From NCBI GenBank assembly GCA_947629145.1, contig CANRCQ010000001.1:1-59875 (forward strand): a DNA stretch of 59,875 nt, in the 5' to 3' direction. Shown piece by piece: positions 38,919-48,295 of the stretch. Each line of letters begins with the position of its first letter. Position 1 is the first letter of the stretch. The notes under the pieces were generated by a model. The model did not search any database and was not told the origin of the DNA. It was given only the letters and a program-made list of their open reading frames with translations. The translations under genes were made by a program, and so were the position numbers. The DNA comes from an uncultured Clostridia bacterium (GTDB taxonomy: Bacteria; Bacillota; Clostridia; Christensenellales; UBA1242).

Positions 38919-38948
38919 ATATTGTGTAGTATGCATTGCATAATACAC
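38919..38948. repeat. palindromic intergenic element, copy 7
   Basis: GTGTAGTATGCA-t-TGCATAATACAC (38924-38948), ending 1 nt from the trmD stop codon. Confidence 0.85.
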
Positions 38949-38949
38949 T

Positions 38950-39618
38950 TTATTTTGTGTTTAACAAATCTTTTCTCAGTGCTTTTGTGCGCTCTAGTCG
39001 CTTCTCTTTGCGCCACTTTTCAACTTCTGCATGATTGCCTGAAATAAGCACATCTGGCACCTTAAGCCCCATAAACTCCTGTGGCCTTGTGTATTGTGGC
39101 TCTTCCAAAAGTCCGTTTGAAAAACTTTCGCTTGTCAAACTGTCCTTTGAAATCACTCCATCAATAAAACGCGCAACTGTGTCAATAATAACCATTGCAG
39201 GAAGTTCTCCACCTGTCAGCACATAATCCCCTATGGAGATTTGCTGGATAGGGAAAAGTTCAAAAATGCGTTCATCCACACCTTCATAATGACCGCACAC
39301 AAAAATCAAATGTTTACATTTAGATAATTTTTGTGCAACTGGCACGGAAAATTTTTGTCCAATTGGGGATGGGAATATAATCTTGCTGCCCCTTTTATAC
39401 ACCGATTTTATAGCATCATAAAGTGGCTGCACCATCATAAGCATCCCTGCGCTTCCGCCAAATGGATAGTCATCACATTTTTTATGCTTATCCTTTGAAA
39501 AATCGCGAATGTTTACTATGTTGAATTTCAAAATTTCGTCTTTTTCCGCACGGCCTAAAATGCTTGTTTTAAGTGGTGCAAAGGCTTCTGGGAAAAGTGT
39601 GAGAATATCTATTTTCAT
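38950..39618 (-). CDS. trmD: tRNA (guanine37-N1)-methyltransferase
   Basis: MKIDILTLFPE...DDYPFGGSAGMLM...YEGVDERI...GDYVLTGGELPAMV. Confidence 0.95.
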   Translation of the reverse strand: MKIDILTLFPEAFAPLKTSILGRAEKDEILKFNIVNIRDFSKDKHKKCDDYPFGGSAGMLMMVQPLYDAIKSVYKRGSKIIFPSPIGQKFSVPVAQKLSKCKHLIFVCGHYEGVDERIFELFPIQQISIGDYVLTGGELPAMVIIDTVARFIDGVISKDSLTSESFSNGLLEEPQYTRPQEFMGLKVPDVLISGNHAEVEKWRKEKRLERTKALRKDLLNTK

Positions 39619-40115
39619 GATTCTTTCTCCAATTTAGCGCCGTCATATTCCTTGCGAATGACAGTAAACTGCTTGTCTTTCACTTTGAAAATGTCTTTTT
39701 TAAAAGGCACTTCATACAATCGCCCATCTTCCTTTATCACAATAATGTCATCAAAGCCATAATCCGTGACACCCATTATTTGCCCAACAAGTTCGCCATT
39801 TTCGTCATACAAAATTGTGCCAATCATATCTTCAATAAGATAGTTGTCAACTGCCAAACTTTCAAATTCTTCCTTTGTGATATACACAAGTTTGTTGCGA
39901 TATTTTTCGGCTGTGTTTCTGTCTGGAATTTCTTCAAACATAACATAAGCATATCCAAGACGAAATGTAGCGCTCTTGAATTTACTCTCGCGTTTTTCAA
40001 TAAAAAGTGGATGTTTTCCATTAAAAATCGCAGGGATGTCTATGGAAGGCATGATTTTAACTTCCCCTTTGATTCCCTGCGGTTTAATAATTCTGCCGAC
40101 ACAAACAAATTGCAT
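39615..40115 (-). CDS. rimM: 16S rRNA processing protein RimM
   Basis: VGRIIKPQGIKGEVKI. ATG 40115 lies 5 nt after GAGGA, just past the KH-protein stop. Confidence 0.85.
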   Translation of the reverse strand: MQFVCVGRIIKPQGIKGEVKIMPSIDIPAIFNGKHPLFIEKRESKFKSATFRLGYAYVMFEEIPDRNTAEKYRNKLVYITKEEFESLAVDNYLIEDMIGTILYDENGELVGQIMGVTDYGFDDIIVIKEDGRLYEVPFKKDIFKVKDKQFTVIRKEYDGAKLEKES

Positions 40116-40116
40116 T

Positions 40117-40347
40117 TTAGTCCTCAAATTTTACAAACACTTTTTTGTGTTCTTTTGCAGCAACACTGCGCATAATGTTTCTTAAACTTGAAGCCGTTTT
40201 GCCGTTTTTGCCGATAACTTTTCCAATATCGTTTTCTGCAACTGTCACACGAAAAACAATCTCGTTTTCGCTTTCTGTCTTTTCAACTTGCACGCTTTCA
40301 GCATCACTTACAAGCGCCTTTACAAGAAAAGTCAATAATTCGTCCAT
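40117..40347 (-). CDS. KH-domain RNA-binding protein (YlqC/UPF0109 type)
   Basis: 76 aa, ...VAENDIGKVIGKNGKTASSLRNI... Confidence 0.85.
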   Translation of the reverse strand: MDELLTFLVKALVSDAESVQVEKTESENEIVFRVTVAENDIGKVIGKNGKTASSLRNIMRSVAAKEHKKVFVKFED

Positions 40348-40358
40348 AATAAAACTCC

Positions 40359-40616
40359 TTATTCTTTGTCTGTTTTGATTACGCCGCTTTTAACCAAAAT
40401 GCTTTTTGCTGTTTCAGTTGGAAGTGCGCCGTTTTTAAGCCACTTTTCTGCTTTTTCGTTGTCGATTTTGATTTCAGCAGGGTTTGTGAGTGGATTGTAT
40501 GTTCCAAGAAGGTCGATATATTTTCCATCTCTTGGACTTTTGCTGTCAGCAACAACCACACGATAGAAAGGTGATTTTTTGTCTCCCATTCTTGTAAGTC
40601 TAATCTTAACTGCCAT
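40359..40616 (-). CDS. rpsP: 30S ribosomal protein S16
   Basis: [34 protein letters not shown]. Confidence 0.95.
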   Translation of the reverse strand: MAVKIRLTRMGDKKSPFYRVVVADSKSPRDGKYIDLLGTYNPLTNPAEIKIDNEKAEKWLKNGALPTETAKSILVKSGVIKTDKE

Positions 40617-40680
40617 TTTAATTTTCTCCTTTTAATAAATTTTTTCGAAAGAGATTTCTTTCGTTATATAAAACAAAACA

Positions 40681-41145
40681 TTAGTTTTGTAATATATCAT
40701 TAAGTGCTTCGATTATTTCTTTTTCATTGTTGTCCAAGTCTTTAAAACTAGACAATTTTTTTAATATCATTTTAAGGGTTTTTTCAGTAAATTTTGTTTT
40801 ACTTAAATGTCTGTTTTTTATTCCAAGCAAGTCTGCCAAATAAAATGCCTTTTCTTTCGATTTTGTATGCTTTAAAACTTTCAATATATGTTCTGTTTCA
40901 CCGAACACTTCATAAAATTTTGCAAGTGGTTCATACATAAATTCGCCATCTTCATCAACTGGTTTTGCATACATTTTTTCAAAAGTTGCAACAACTTTTT
41001 TCTTGTTTTTTTCGTCAAGTTGCTTATTTATTTCAATGGCTTGTGTTTTTGCATTGCCTGTAAACCAATCTTGGTCTGTACTTTCAAAACAATCTTTTAA
41101 ATCTTCGATAATTTGTTCTAAATTTTGTTTATCTTGCGTTTTCAT
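40681..41145 (-). CDS. hypothetical protein inserted between ffh and rpsP
   Basis: 154-aa acidic and lysine-rich helical ORF. Its ATG shares one nt with the ffh stop (TAATG). It is AT-rich and I recognise no family. Confidence 0.55.
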   Translation of the reverse strand: MKTQDKQNLEQIIEDLKDCFESTDQDWFTGNAKTQAIEINKQLDEKNKKKVVATFEKMYAKPVDEDGEFMYEPLAKFYEVFGETEHILKVLKHTKSKEKAFYLADLLGIKNRHLSKTKFTEKTLKMILKKLSSFKDLDNNEKEIIEALNDILQN

Positions 41146-42458
41146 TAAAACAACCCCCTAAGTCCGCGCTTATTTTTAAGCATTTTCATCATCTCTTTTG
41201 ATTGTTCAAACTGCTTTAAAAGTGAGTTGACTTGTTGAATGGTTGTTCCGCTTCCGTCAGCAATTCTCTTGCGTCTGCTTGCCTTGATGATGTCTGGGTT
41301 AACTCGCTCTTCATGTGTCATGCTTTGAATGATGGCCTTGTTCACTTGAAGTTGTTTTTCGTCAATGTTGATGTTTTTCATTTTTCCAGAAAGCCCTGGA
41401 ATCATTGAAAGAATGTCTTGCAAACTCCCCATCTTTTTCATATTTTCCATTTGAGTTAGATAGTCTTCAAAGGTAAATGAATTTTCGCGAAGTTTTGCTT
41501 CCATCTGCTTTGCTTCTTCTTCGCTTACGGCTTCTTGCGCCCTTTCAATAAGTGAAAGCACATCCCCCATGCCCAAAATTCGACTTGCAATACGGTCTGG
41601 GTAAAATGGTTCAAGGTCGCCTATCTTTTCGCCAACACCAGAAAATTTGATAGGTTTTCCAGTGATTGCTTTGATTGAAAGTGCCGCACCACCACGCGTG
41701 TCGCCGTCTAATTTTGTAAGCACTACACCGGTTATATCAAGGTCGTTATTGAAACTCTCCGCTATTGTCACTGCGTCTTGTCCAGTCATTGCATCCACAA
41801 CAAGCAATATTTCGTCTGGCTTAACTTCCTTTTTAATGGATTTGAGTTCATCCATCAATTCTTGATTGATGTGAAGCCTTCCTGCCGTGTCGATTATCAC
41901 AACATCAAAGCCCTGTTTCTTTGCGTGTGCAATCGCTTCTTTTGCGGTTTTTACTGGGTTTTGTGTGCCACGTTCAAACACTTCTGTATTTGCGGTTTTT
42001 CCAACAACTTGAAGTTGGTTGATTGCGGCAGGCCTGTAAATATCACACGCAACCAAAAGTGGCTTTTTCCCACTTTTTTTAAGGTGTGCAGCAAGTTTTG
42101 CGCACATGGTTGTCTTTCCTGCACCTTGAAGCCCACACATCATAATCACTGTTGGTGGATTTGATGAAATTGTAAGTTTTTGATTTGGAGATGAGATTAG
42201 ATTTGTCAGTTCGTCTTTGACGATTTTGATGACCATTTGCCCTGGTGTAAGGCTTTTCATAACGTCTTCACCAACCGCCTTTTCACTGACATCGGCAACA
42301 AACTTTTTTGCCACCATGTAGTTTACATCGGCCTCTAGTAGCGCAATTCTCACTTCGCGCATTGCTTCTTTGATTTCAAGTTCTGTAAGTTTTCCGCGCT
42401 TAGTCAGTTTTGAGAAAATATGATTAAATTTTTCTGCTAATGATGAAAAAAGTGCCAT
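41145..42458 (-). CDS. ffh: signal recognition particle protein Ffh
   Basis: NG domain (GLQGAGKTT, DTAGR) and a Met-rich M domain. Confidence 0.95.
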   Translation of the reverse strand: MALFSSLAEKFNHIFSKLTKRGKLTELEIKEAMREVRIALLEADVNYMVAKKFVADVSEKAVGEDVMKSLTPGQMVIKIVKDELTNLISSPNQKLTISSNPPTVIMMCGLQGAGKTTMCAKLAAHLKKSGKKPLLVACDIYRPAAINQLQVVGKTANTEVFERGTQNPVKTAKEAIAHAKKQGFDVVIIDTAGRLHINQELMDELKSIKKEVKPDEILLVVDAMTGQDAVTIAESFNNDLDITGVVLTKLDGDTRGGAALSIKAITGKPIKFSGVGEKIGDLEPFYPDRIASRILGMGDVLSLIERAQEAVSEEEAKQMEAKLRENSFTFEDYLTQMENMKKMGSLQDILSMIPGLSGKMKNINIDEKQLQVNKAIIQSMTHEERVNPDIIKASRRKRIADGSGTTIQQVNSLLKQFEQSKEMMKMLKNKRGLRGLF

Positions 42459-42778
42459 TATTCTTCCTTTAAAATTTCTTCGACTTTTAACTTTAATTTT
42501 TCATTGTCACCTGCCAAGGATTGAAGTTCATGAAGTTTTTTTCTAAGTTCCAAAAGCCCCAACACATCTTCAAACTCTTTAAGTTTTTGGCAAGATTTAT
42601 CAATCGCATCCAACACCGCTTGTCGCGAAATGTTGCGTTCTTTTGCAATCTCCGCAAGGGTCATGTTGTAGGCAAAATATTGTTTTGCAATTTCCTGCCT
42701 GTCAACTGAAAGCAGTTTGCCATATATGTCAAACAGATTTCCATAATATATGAAATTGTCAAGTTCAATCTTTGCCAT
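42458..42778 (-). CDS. ylxM: YlxM/p13-family HTH protein (UPF0122)
   Basis: 106 aa, ...YFAYNMTLAEIAKERNISRQAVLDAI..., in the canonical position upstream of ffh. Confidence 0.85.
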   Translation of the reverse strand: MAKIELDNFIYYGNLFDIYGKLLSVDRQEIAKQYFAYNMTLAEIAKERNISRQAVLDAIDKSCQKLKEFEDVLGLLELRKKLHELQSLAGDNEKLKLKVEEILKEE

Positions 42779-42816
42779 ACACAGCCTTTTGTCAAGTTTT
42801 TTAACTTTACATTGTG

Positions 42817-42845
42817 ATTATAACACATCAAAATCAAAATTGCAA
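42817..42845 (-). promoter_or_regulatory. ylxM-ffh operon promoter
   Basis: On the minus strand: TTGCAA (42845..42840), 17 nt spacer, TGtTATAAT (-10 at 42822..42817). Confidence 0.6.
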
Positions 42846-43934
42846 CTATTTTTCAAATAAATTTGAAATAATTGTGTTTGAAATTTGATAGAACATTGGG
42901 TTCAATTTCACTAAGCCTTCCTTTTCAGTTAAAATGCCCTGTTTAATGTAGTCTTTGTAATATGGATTTTCCTTTAAATCAACCTTTAGCTCCTTTAAGT
43001 TCACTCCCAAATTGCATCTAAGCCCCAACATAATTTTTTCTTCGTCTTCTTCTTTTACAGTGAGTTTTTCACTTGTTGTAATGCCCATTTTATAGTCATC
43101 CAATGTTGCTGCATTTTCCGTTCTAACTCCATCAATAAACGAATGTGCCGAAATGCCAAAGCCAAGATATTCGCCGCGTTTCCAGTAATTTGTGTTGTGT
43201 TTGCTTTCATACTCTGGATAGGCAAAATTGCTTATCTCATATCTTTCCATGCCGGCATCTATAAGATAGTTTGAAAGTTTTTCAAATGCGCTAATCTGCT
43301 CTTCATCCGTAAGTGGCTTGTATTTTTTCTCTTCAATCATTTTAAAAAGTGGAGTGTTTTGATAAACTTCCAAAAAATAACATGAGATATGTTTTATCCC
43401 AAGGGTCAAAAGTTGTTTTGCATAACCTGTAAGTGCCTTTCCATCTTCCCCTTCAAGCCCCACAATCAGGTCACAAGAAATGTTGTCAAAATATTTGCGT
43501 GCAAGTTTTATTTTATCAAGTGCCGTTTGTTTGTCATGCAGCCGCCCAATCTTTTTTAAACTTTTGTTAGAAAGCGACTGAACCCCAATGCTAAGCCTGT
43601 TCACACGACAAGATTTATAGCATTTTAAAAGTTCTTCCGTGATGCTGTTTGGATTACACTCAACTGTAAATTCCGCATTGTCATAAACATCAAAGTTGTC
43701 GTAGATGCAATCATAAATTCTTTTAAATTGTGCTGGGAAAAGCGTGCTTGGAGTTCCGCCGCCAAAATAGATTGTTTTCACTATGCGTGGCAGTTTTCTT
43801 CGCTTTATCTCATCGCACAAAAGAGAAATGTATTTTTCCTTCACATCATCCTTTGCGCAAAAAGAATTGAATGCACAATAAGCGCATTTTTTTTCACAAA
43901 AAGGAATGTGTATGTAAAGAGAGATGTCTTTCAT
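42846..43934 (-). CDS. hemW: radical SAM heme chaperone HemW (HemN-like)
   Basis: LYIHIPFCEKKCAYCAF (the CxxxCxxC motif). The ATG overlaps the lepA stop. Confidence 0.85.
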   Translation of the reverse strand: MKDISLYIHIPFCEKKCAYCAFNSFCAKDDVKEKYISLLCDEIKRRKLPRIVKTIYFGGGTPSTLFPAQFKRIYDCIYDNFDVYDNAEFTVECNPNSITEELLKCYKSCRVNRLSIGVQSLSNKSLKKIGRLHDKQTALDKIKLARKYFDNISCDLIVGLEGEDGKALTGYAKQLLTLGIKHISCYFLEVYQNTPLFKMIEEKKYKPLTDEEQISAFEKLSNYLIDAGMERYEISNFAYPEYESKHNTNYWKRGEYLGFGISAHSFIDGVRTENAATLDDYKMGITTSEKLTVKEEDEEKIMLGLRCNLGVNLKELKVDLKENPYYKDYIKQGILTEKEGLVKLNPMFYQISNTIISNLFEK

Positions 43935-45739
43935 CACTCATCCTCGTCAAGTTTCAAAATACTCATAAAGGCAGACGAAGGGATTTCAACACTTCCAATC
44001 CTTCGCATTTTCTTTTTGCCTTCTTTTTGTTTTTCAAGCAACTTTCTTTTACGCGTGATGTCCCCACCATAGCATTTTGCAAGCACGTCTTTTCTCATTG
44101 CAGAGATTGTTTCGCGCGCAATAATTTTGTTGCCTATGCAAGCTTGAATAGGCACTTCAAACAACTGTCTTGGAATAAGTTTTTTCAGCCTTTCAGTCAG
44201 TTCTCTGCCGCGTGTGTATGCCTTGTCTTTATGCACGATAAGTGAAAGCGCATCACACTTTTCGCCGTTTAACAAAAGGTCAACTTTCACAAGGTCGGCT
44301 TCTTGAAAACCTGCGATTTCATAGTCAAAACTTGCATAGCCCTTTGTCCTGGATTTAAGGCTGTCGAAAAAGTCATAGATAATTTCGCCAAGTGGCAATG
44401 TGTATTTCAATTCCACGCGTTTTTTATCTAGATATTGCATATCTTTGTAAATGCCGCGTTTTTCCTGACACAAGTCCATAATTGCCCCAACATATTCTGG
44501 TGGAGTGAAAATGGAAGTGTTTACAATCGGCTCTTCAATTCGGCTTATTTCAACTGCTGGTGGAAGATTTGTAGGATTTGAGATTTCAAGCATCTGTCCA
44601 TTCGTTTTAAACACATGATAAGACACACTTGGCGCAGTTGTGATAATGTCCAAATTAAACTCGCGTTCCAATCGTTCTGTGATTATTTCAAGGTGCAAAA
44701 GTCCCAAAAAGCCGCATCTAAATCCAAAGCCCAAAGCGGTTGAAACTTCTGGCGCAAACTGCAAACTTGCATCGTTTAATTTAAGTTTATCAAGCGCGTC
44801 TTTAAGTTCGTTGTATTTCGCTCTATCCACTGTGAAAATTCCACAAAAGACAACCGGCTGAACTTCTTTATATCCAGCAAGTGCGTGTGAAATTGGCGTT
44901 TCAGCGCTTGTCACAGTGTCGCCAACTTTGACATCCGCAATTGTTTTAATTGATGCTGCAATATATCCCACATCTCCGGCGGAAAGCGAATTAACAGTTT
45001 TCGTGTTTGGAACAAATATTCCAACTTCGGTCACTTCAAAAACCTTGCCAGTTTGCATCATCAAAACCTTATCGCCTTGTTTAACACAGCCGTCAAAAAC
45101 ACGAATAAGGCAAATTGCCCCTTTAAAATTGTCATAGTGGCTGTCAAAAATAAGCGCTTTAAGTGGCTTGTTTTCATCCCCAACTGGCGCTGGAATTTTT
45201 GTGATGATTGCCTTTAAAACTTGGTCAATGTTTATGCCGTCTTTCGCGGAAATACACGGACAATCACTTGCATCAAGCCCAATTACATCTTCAATTTCTT
45301 GTTTAACTTCTTCGGTTCGCGCAGATGGAAGGTCTATTTTGTTAATGCACGGAACAGTCACAAGATTGTTGTCAAGTGCAAGATAGGTGTTTGCAAGGGT
45401 TTGTGCTTCCACCCCTTGAGATGCATCCACCAACAAAATTGCCCCTTCGCACGCAGCAAGCGAACGCGAAACTTCATAAGTAAAGTCCACATGACCTGGT
45501 GTGTCAATCAAATTCAGTGTGTATTCCTTGCCTTCAAAGTCATAGATAAGTCGCGTTGGGGCAAGTTTGATTGTAATGCCCTTTTCGCGTTCAAGTTCCA
45601 TACTGTCGAGAATTTGGTCTTGCATATCGCGTTTTGAAACAGTGCCTGTCATTTCAATAAGTCTGTCTGCAAGCGTGCTTTTGCCGTGGTCTATGTGTGC
45701 AATAATGCAAAAATTTCTTATAAGCGATAAATCTTTCAT
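43934..45739 (-). CDS. lepA: translation elongation factor 4 (LepA)
   Basis: [21 protein letters not shown], 601 aa. Confidence 0.95.
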   Translation of the reverse strand: MKDLSLIRNFCIIAHIDHGKSTLADRLIEMTGTVSKRDMQDQILDSMELEREKGITIKLAPTRLIYDFEGKEYTLNLIDTPGHVDFTYEVSRSLAACEGAILLVDASQGVEAQTLANTYLALDNNLVTVPCINKIDLPSARTEEVKQEIEDVIGLDASDCPCISAKDGINIDQVLKAIITKIPAPVGDENKPLKALIFDSHYDNFKGAICLIRVFDGCVKQGDKVLMMQTGKVFEVTEVGIFVPNTKTVNSLSAGDVGYIAASIKTIADVKVGDTVTSAETPISHALAGYKEVQPVVFCGIFTVDRAKYNELKDALDKLKLNDASLQFAPEVSTALGFGFRCGFLGLLHLEIITERLEREFNLDIITTAPSVSYHVFKTNGQMLEISNPTNLPPAVEISRIEEPIVNTSIFTPPEYVGAIMDLCQEKRGIYKDMQYLDKKRVELKYTLPLGEIIYDFFDSLKSRTKGYASFDYEIAGFQEADLVKVDLLLNGEKCDALSLIVHKDKAYTRGRELTERLKKLIPRQLFEVPIQACIGNKIIARETISAMRKDVLAKCYGGDITRKRKLLEKQKEGKKKMRRIGSVEIPSSAFMSILKLDEDE

Positions 45740-45745
45740 AAAGGT

Positions 45746-45775
45746 ATTTTACAATAAAATATCTAAAAATTCCAA
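45746..45775 (-). promoter_or_regulatory. promoter abutting the lepA start (leaderless candidate)
   Basis: On the minus strand: TTGGAA (45775..45770), 18 nt spacer, TAAAAT (45751..45746), then 6 nt (accttt) and ATG 45739. No SD. An in-frame stop lies 4 codons upstream. Confidence 0.55.
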
Positions 45776-45841
45776 ATAAAATATGCGTGTTTCATTTTGT
45801 TTTTTCAAAAATTTTTGCTATCATATAAAAGAGGTGTAAAA

Positions 45842-46753
45842 ATGGCAAAATTATATTATAAGTTTGGAGCAATGGGCTCATCCAAAACTGCATCAGCGCT
45901 TATGTGCAGATTCAACTACATACAAAAAGGACAAAGTGTGCTTTTGTTGAAGCCAGCGCTTGACACGCGTTCTAAAAAGGGAGAAGTGACATCGCGCATC
46001 GGCCTTTCTGCCCCTTGCACAACGTTTGAGAAAGACGACAATCTTCTTTCAATCTATGAAAGCCAAAATCCAAAACAAGATGTTGTTATCGTTGATGAAT
46101 GTCAATTCTGCACAAAGAAGCAAATTGACCAACTGCGTGATTTGGCGGAAGATGTGCCTGTTTTGTGTTATGGGCTGAAAACAAATTTCAAAACCGAACT
46201 TTTTGAAGGCAGCAAGCGACTTTTGGAAGTTGCCGACAGCATTTGTGAAATAAAAAGCATTTGTGAATGTGGCAAGAAAGCGATTTTAAACGGCAGATTT
46301 TCTAAAAATCATCTTGTTTTAAATGGCGAAGAAGTTAAAATTGGCGGAGATGAAAGTTATAAATCACTGTGTTATTCTTGCTATAAGAAAGAAAAAGAGA
46401 AGTCCATGTTGCTTGAAAAGGTTGATAAATATCTCACCTTGTTTAAAAACATCGAAAGTGCTGGTGTTTGGAACACTGACACATCCGCAGACAGCATTGT
46501 CCTTCAAAAGCCTGAAGTGTTGTATGTTGATGATGTAAAATCTTTTATCAGTGACTTTAAAGATTTTCCACCAAAAAGTTATGAAGCAACTCTTCAATCA
46601 ATGAAAAAATACAAGCCAGAAAATAAAGACGATTGTCTTGCACTTATTTCCCTTGCGATTAAGGCTGAAAAAGAAAAACCAGGACTTGTAAAATCACTTG
46701 TTGAAAACAAAATAATTTTAAAGTGGCTTAAACAAATAAAGGCAGAATTATAA
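45842..46753 (+). CDS. tdk: thymidine kinase fused to a C-terminal domain of about 119 aa of unknown function
   Basis: Residues 1-183 are E. coli-type Tdk (AKLYYKFGAMGSSKTASAL, VIVDECQF, zinc Cys pairs CECGKK / CYSCY). Residues 185-303 have no TK counterpart. Confidence 0.85.
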   Translation: MAKLYYKFGAMGSSKTASALMCRFNYIQKGQSVLLLKPALDTRSKKGEVTSRIGLSAPCTTFEKDDNLLSIYESQNPKQDVVIVDECQFCTKKQIDQLRDLAEDVPVLCYGLKTNFKTELFEGSKRLLEVADSICEIKSICECGKKAILNGRFSKNHLVLNGEEVKIGGDESYKSLCYSCYKKEKEKSMLLEKVDKYLTLFKNIESAGVWNTDTSADSIVLQKPEVLYVDDVKSFISDFKDFPPKSYEATLQSMKKYKPENKDDCLALISLAIKAEKEKPGLVKSLVENKIILKWLKQIKAEL

Positions 46754-46767
46754 TCTGCCTTCTTTTA
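46741..46767 (+). terminator. possible terminator overlapping the tdk stop
   Basis: GGCAGA-attataa-TCTGCC followed by TTCTTTT. Confidence 0.45.
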
Positions 46768-46770
46768 ACG

Positions 46771-46797
46771 AAAAAAAAGACCGTTTGGCCTTTTTTT
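46771..46797 (-). terminator. intrinsic terminator after efp
   Basis: On the minus strand: A7-GGCC-aaac-GGUC-U8, with an A/U-extended stem. Confidence 0.55.
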
Positions 46798-47356
46798 ATT
46801 TAACTTTTTCCATGTAAGAACCATCTCTTGTGTCAACGCGAATGATGTCGCCTGTGTTGACAAAAAGTGGAACTTGGATTGTGTAACCTGTGCTTAATGT
46901 TGCTGGTTTTTTAGATGCCTTTGAAGTGTCCCCTTGAATGCCAGGTTCGGTGTCTGTCACTTCAAGTTCAACAAATGTTGGTGGATAAACTGCAAAAGGG
47001 TTGCCCTTGTAGATATACATTGTTGTTGGCATATTTTCTGTGACAAAGTTTAATGCATCTTCAACGACATCTTTATTGAGTGGCATTTGTTCATAAGTTT
47101 CGTTGTCCATGAAATAGTAAAGTTGCCCATCGTTGTAAAGATAAAGCATTTCTTTCTTTTCAATAACTGCTTCTTGGAATTTGTCGGAAGGGTTGAAAGT
47201 ATCTTCACGCACCTGTCCTGTCATAACGTTTTTGATTTTTGCTCTAACAAATGGAGAGCCTTTGCCAGGTTTAACGTGTAAAAAGTCGATAACGTTGTAA
47301 ACGTTGCCGTCCATTTCAAAAGTTGTTCCTTTTCTAAAATCGCCTGCTGTAACCAT
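46796..47356 (-). CDS. efp: elongation factor P
   Basis: [20 protein letters not shown]...[16 protein letters not shown], 186 aa from ATG 47356 (RBS GAGGAG). Confidence 0.95.
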   Translation of the reverse strand: MVTAGDFRKGTTFEMDGNVYNVIDFLHVKPGKGSPFVRAKIKNVMTGQVREDTFNPSDKFQEAVIEKKEMLYLYNDGQLYYFMDNETYEQMPLNKDVVEDALNFVTENMPTTMYIYKGNPFAVYPPTFVELEVTDTEPGIQGDTSKASKKPATLSTGYTIQVPLFVNTGDIIRVDTRDGSYMEKVK

Positions 47357-47387
47357 AAAAATCTCCTCAAATAATTTATACCATGCT

Positions 47388-47416
47388 ATTCTAACACAAA
47401 AATATGCTGAATGCAA
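47388..47416 (-). promoter_or_regulatory. efp promoter
   Basis: On the minus strand: TTGCAT, 17 nt spacer, TGtTAGAAT. Confidence 0.55.
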
Positions 47417-47431
47417 GTGATTTTGCTAAAT

Positions 47432-48286
47432 TTATCTATGTTGATTGTAAATTTGTTGCATAATAAGGGCATCTTCCGCCTGTGTGCCAGCACTTTCACA
47501 AAGAATATGACAATTCATGTTGTTCTCAACCAGATATTCGCAAAGTGGCTCAAATTCAGGCCCAAAGATTTGGTCGTCAAAAGTGAGATGTTTGATTTCG
47601 CCCTTTGCCCCATATTGAATTTTTGAAAAATGGATGTGGGCATTTTTTGTGCGCACTTCACCCAACTTTTCAAATGAATAATCAAAAATTCTTTTGTAGT
47701 CATCTTTAGTTTTCAAAGTGCCTTGTGTAAGCGCATTTATATGCCCAAAGTCAAATGTTGGCATAAGAAATTTAGAAAGTGTGCAAAGGTCGATGATTTC
47801 TTTATAAGTGCCAATTTGCATAACTTTTCCCATAGTTTCAGGGCAAAGATACATCTTCTGTCCAAGTTCACTTTCAAAGTCGCCGATACATTCTTTCATA
47901 CGTTCAGTCAAAAGTTTAACTGCATTTTCGCGAGTTTCTTTTCCGCAAGATGCCGCATGAAAAACAAGCCTTTTTGCGTTGAAATAATTCATAAACTTGA
48001 TGCCAGTTTTAATGTAGCCAATTGATTTTTCAAACATCACTGGGTCTGGATTTGAAAAGTTGATAAAATATGGAGCATGAATTGAAAGTTCAACCCCTTG
48101 CTTTTGAAACTCTTGTCCAAGTTTTTCCGCCATCGCACCTGTCATTCGATAGCCCTGTCCAAAACTGTATTCAAAAAGTTGAAGTCCCTTGTCCTTAACC
48201 CATTTTGCCGCATCGAGCGTGGATGAAAAGCCTTCGTCATAAAAAGACTGACTGTTTCCGCTTGGCCCAAATAAAACTTGTGACAT
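47432..48286 (-). CDS. endonuclease IV-like TIM-barrel protein (AP endonuclease family 2)
   Basis: SIHAPYFINFSNPDP, CPETMG, FDFGHINA and HIHFSK resemble Nfo metal-site motifs. Confidence 0.65.
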   Translation of the reverse strand: MSQVLFGPSGNSQSFYDEGFSSTLDAAKWVKDKGLQLFEYSFGQGYRMTGAMAEKLGQEFQKQGVELSIHAPYFINFSNPDPVMFEKSIGYIKTGIKFMNYFNAKRLVFHAASCGKETRENAVKLLTERMKECIGDFESELGQKMYLCPETMGKVMQIGTYKEIIDLCTLSKFLMPTFDFGHINALTQGTLKTKDDYKRIFDYSFEKLGEVRTKNAHIHFSKIQYGAKGEIKHLTFDDQIFGPEFEPLCEYLVENNMNCHILCESAGTQAEDALIMQQIYNQHR

Positions 48287-48295
48287 AAATCCCCC

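Noticed and set aside
47449-47462. A half-site of the palindromic element (TTGCATAATA) at the 3' end of the endonuclease IV-like gene.
   Set aside because: Only one arm is present, there is no partner, and it lies inside coding sequence. This is probably chance.
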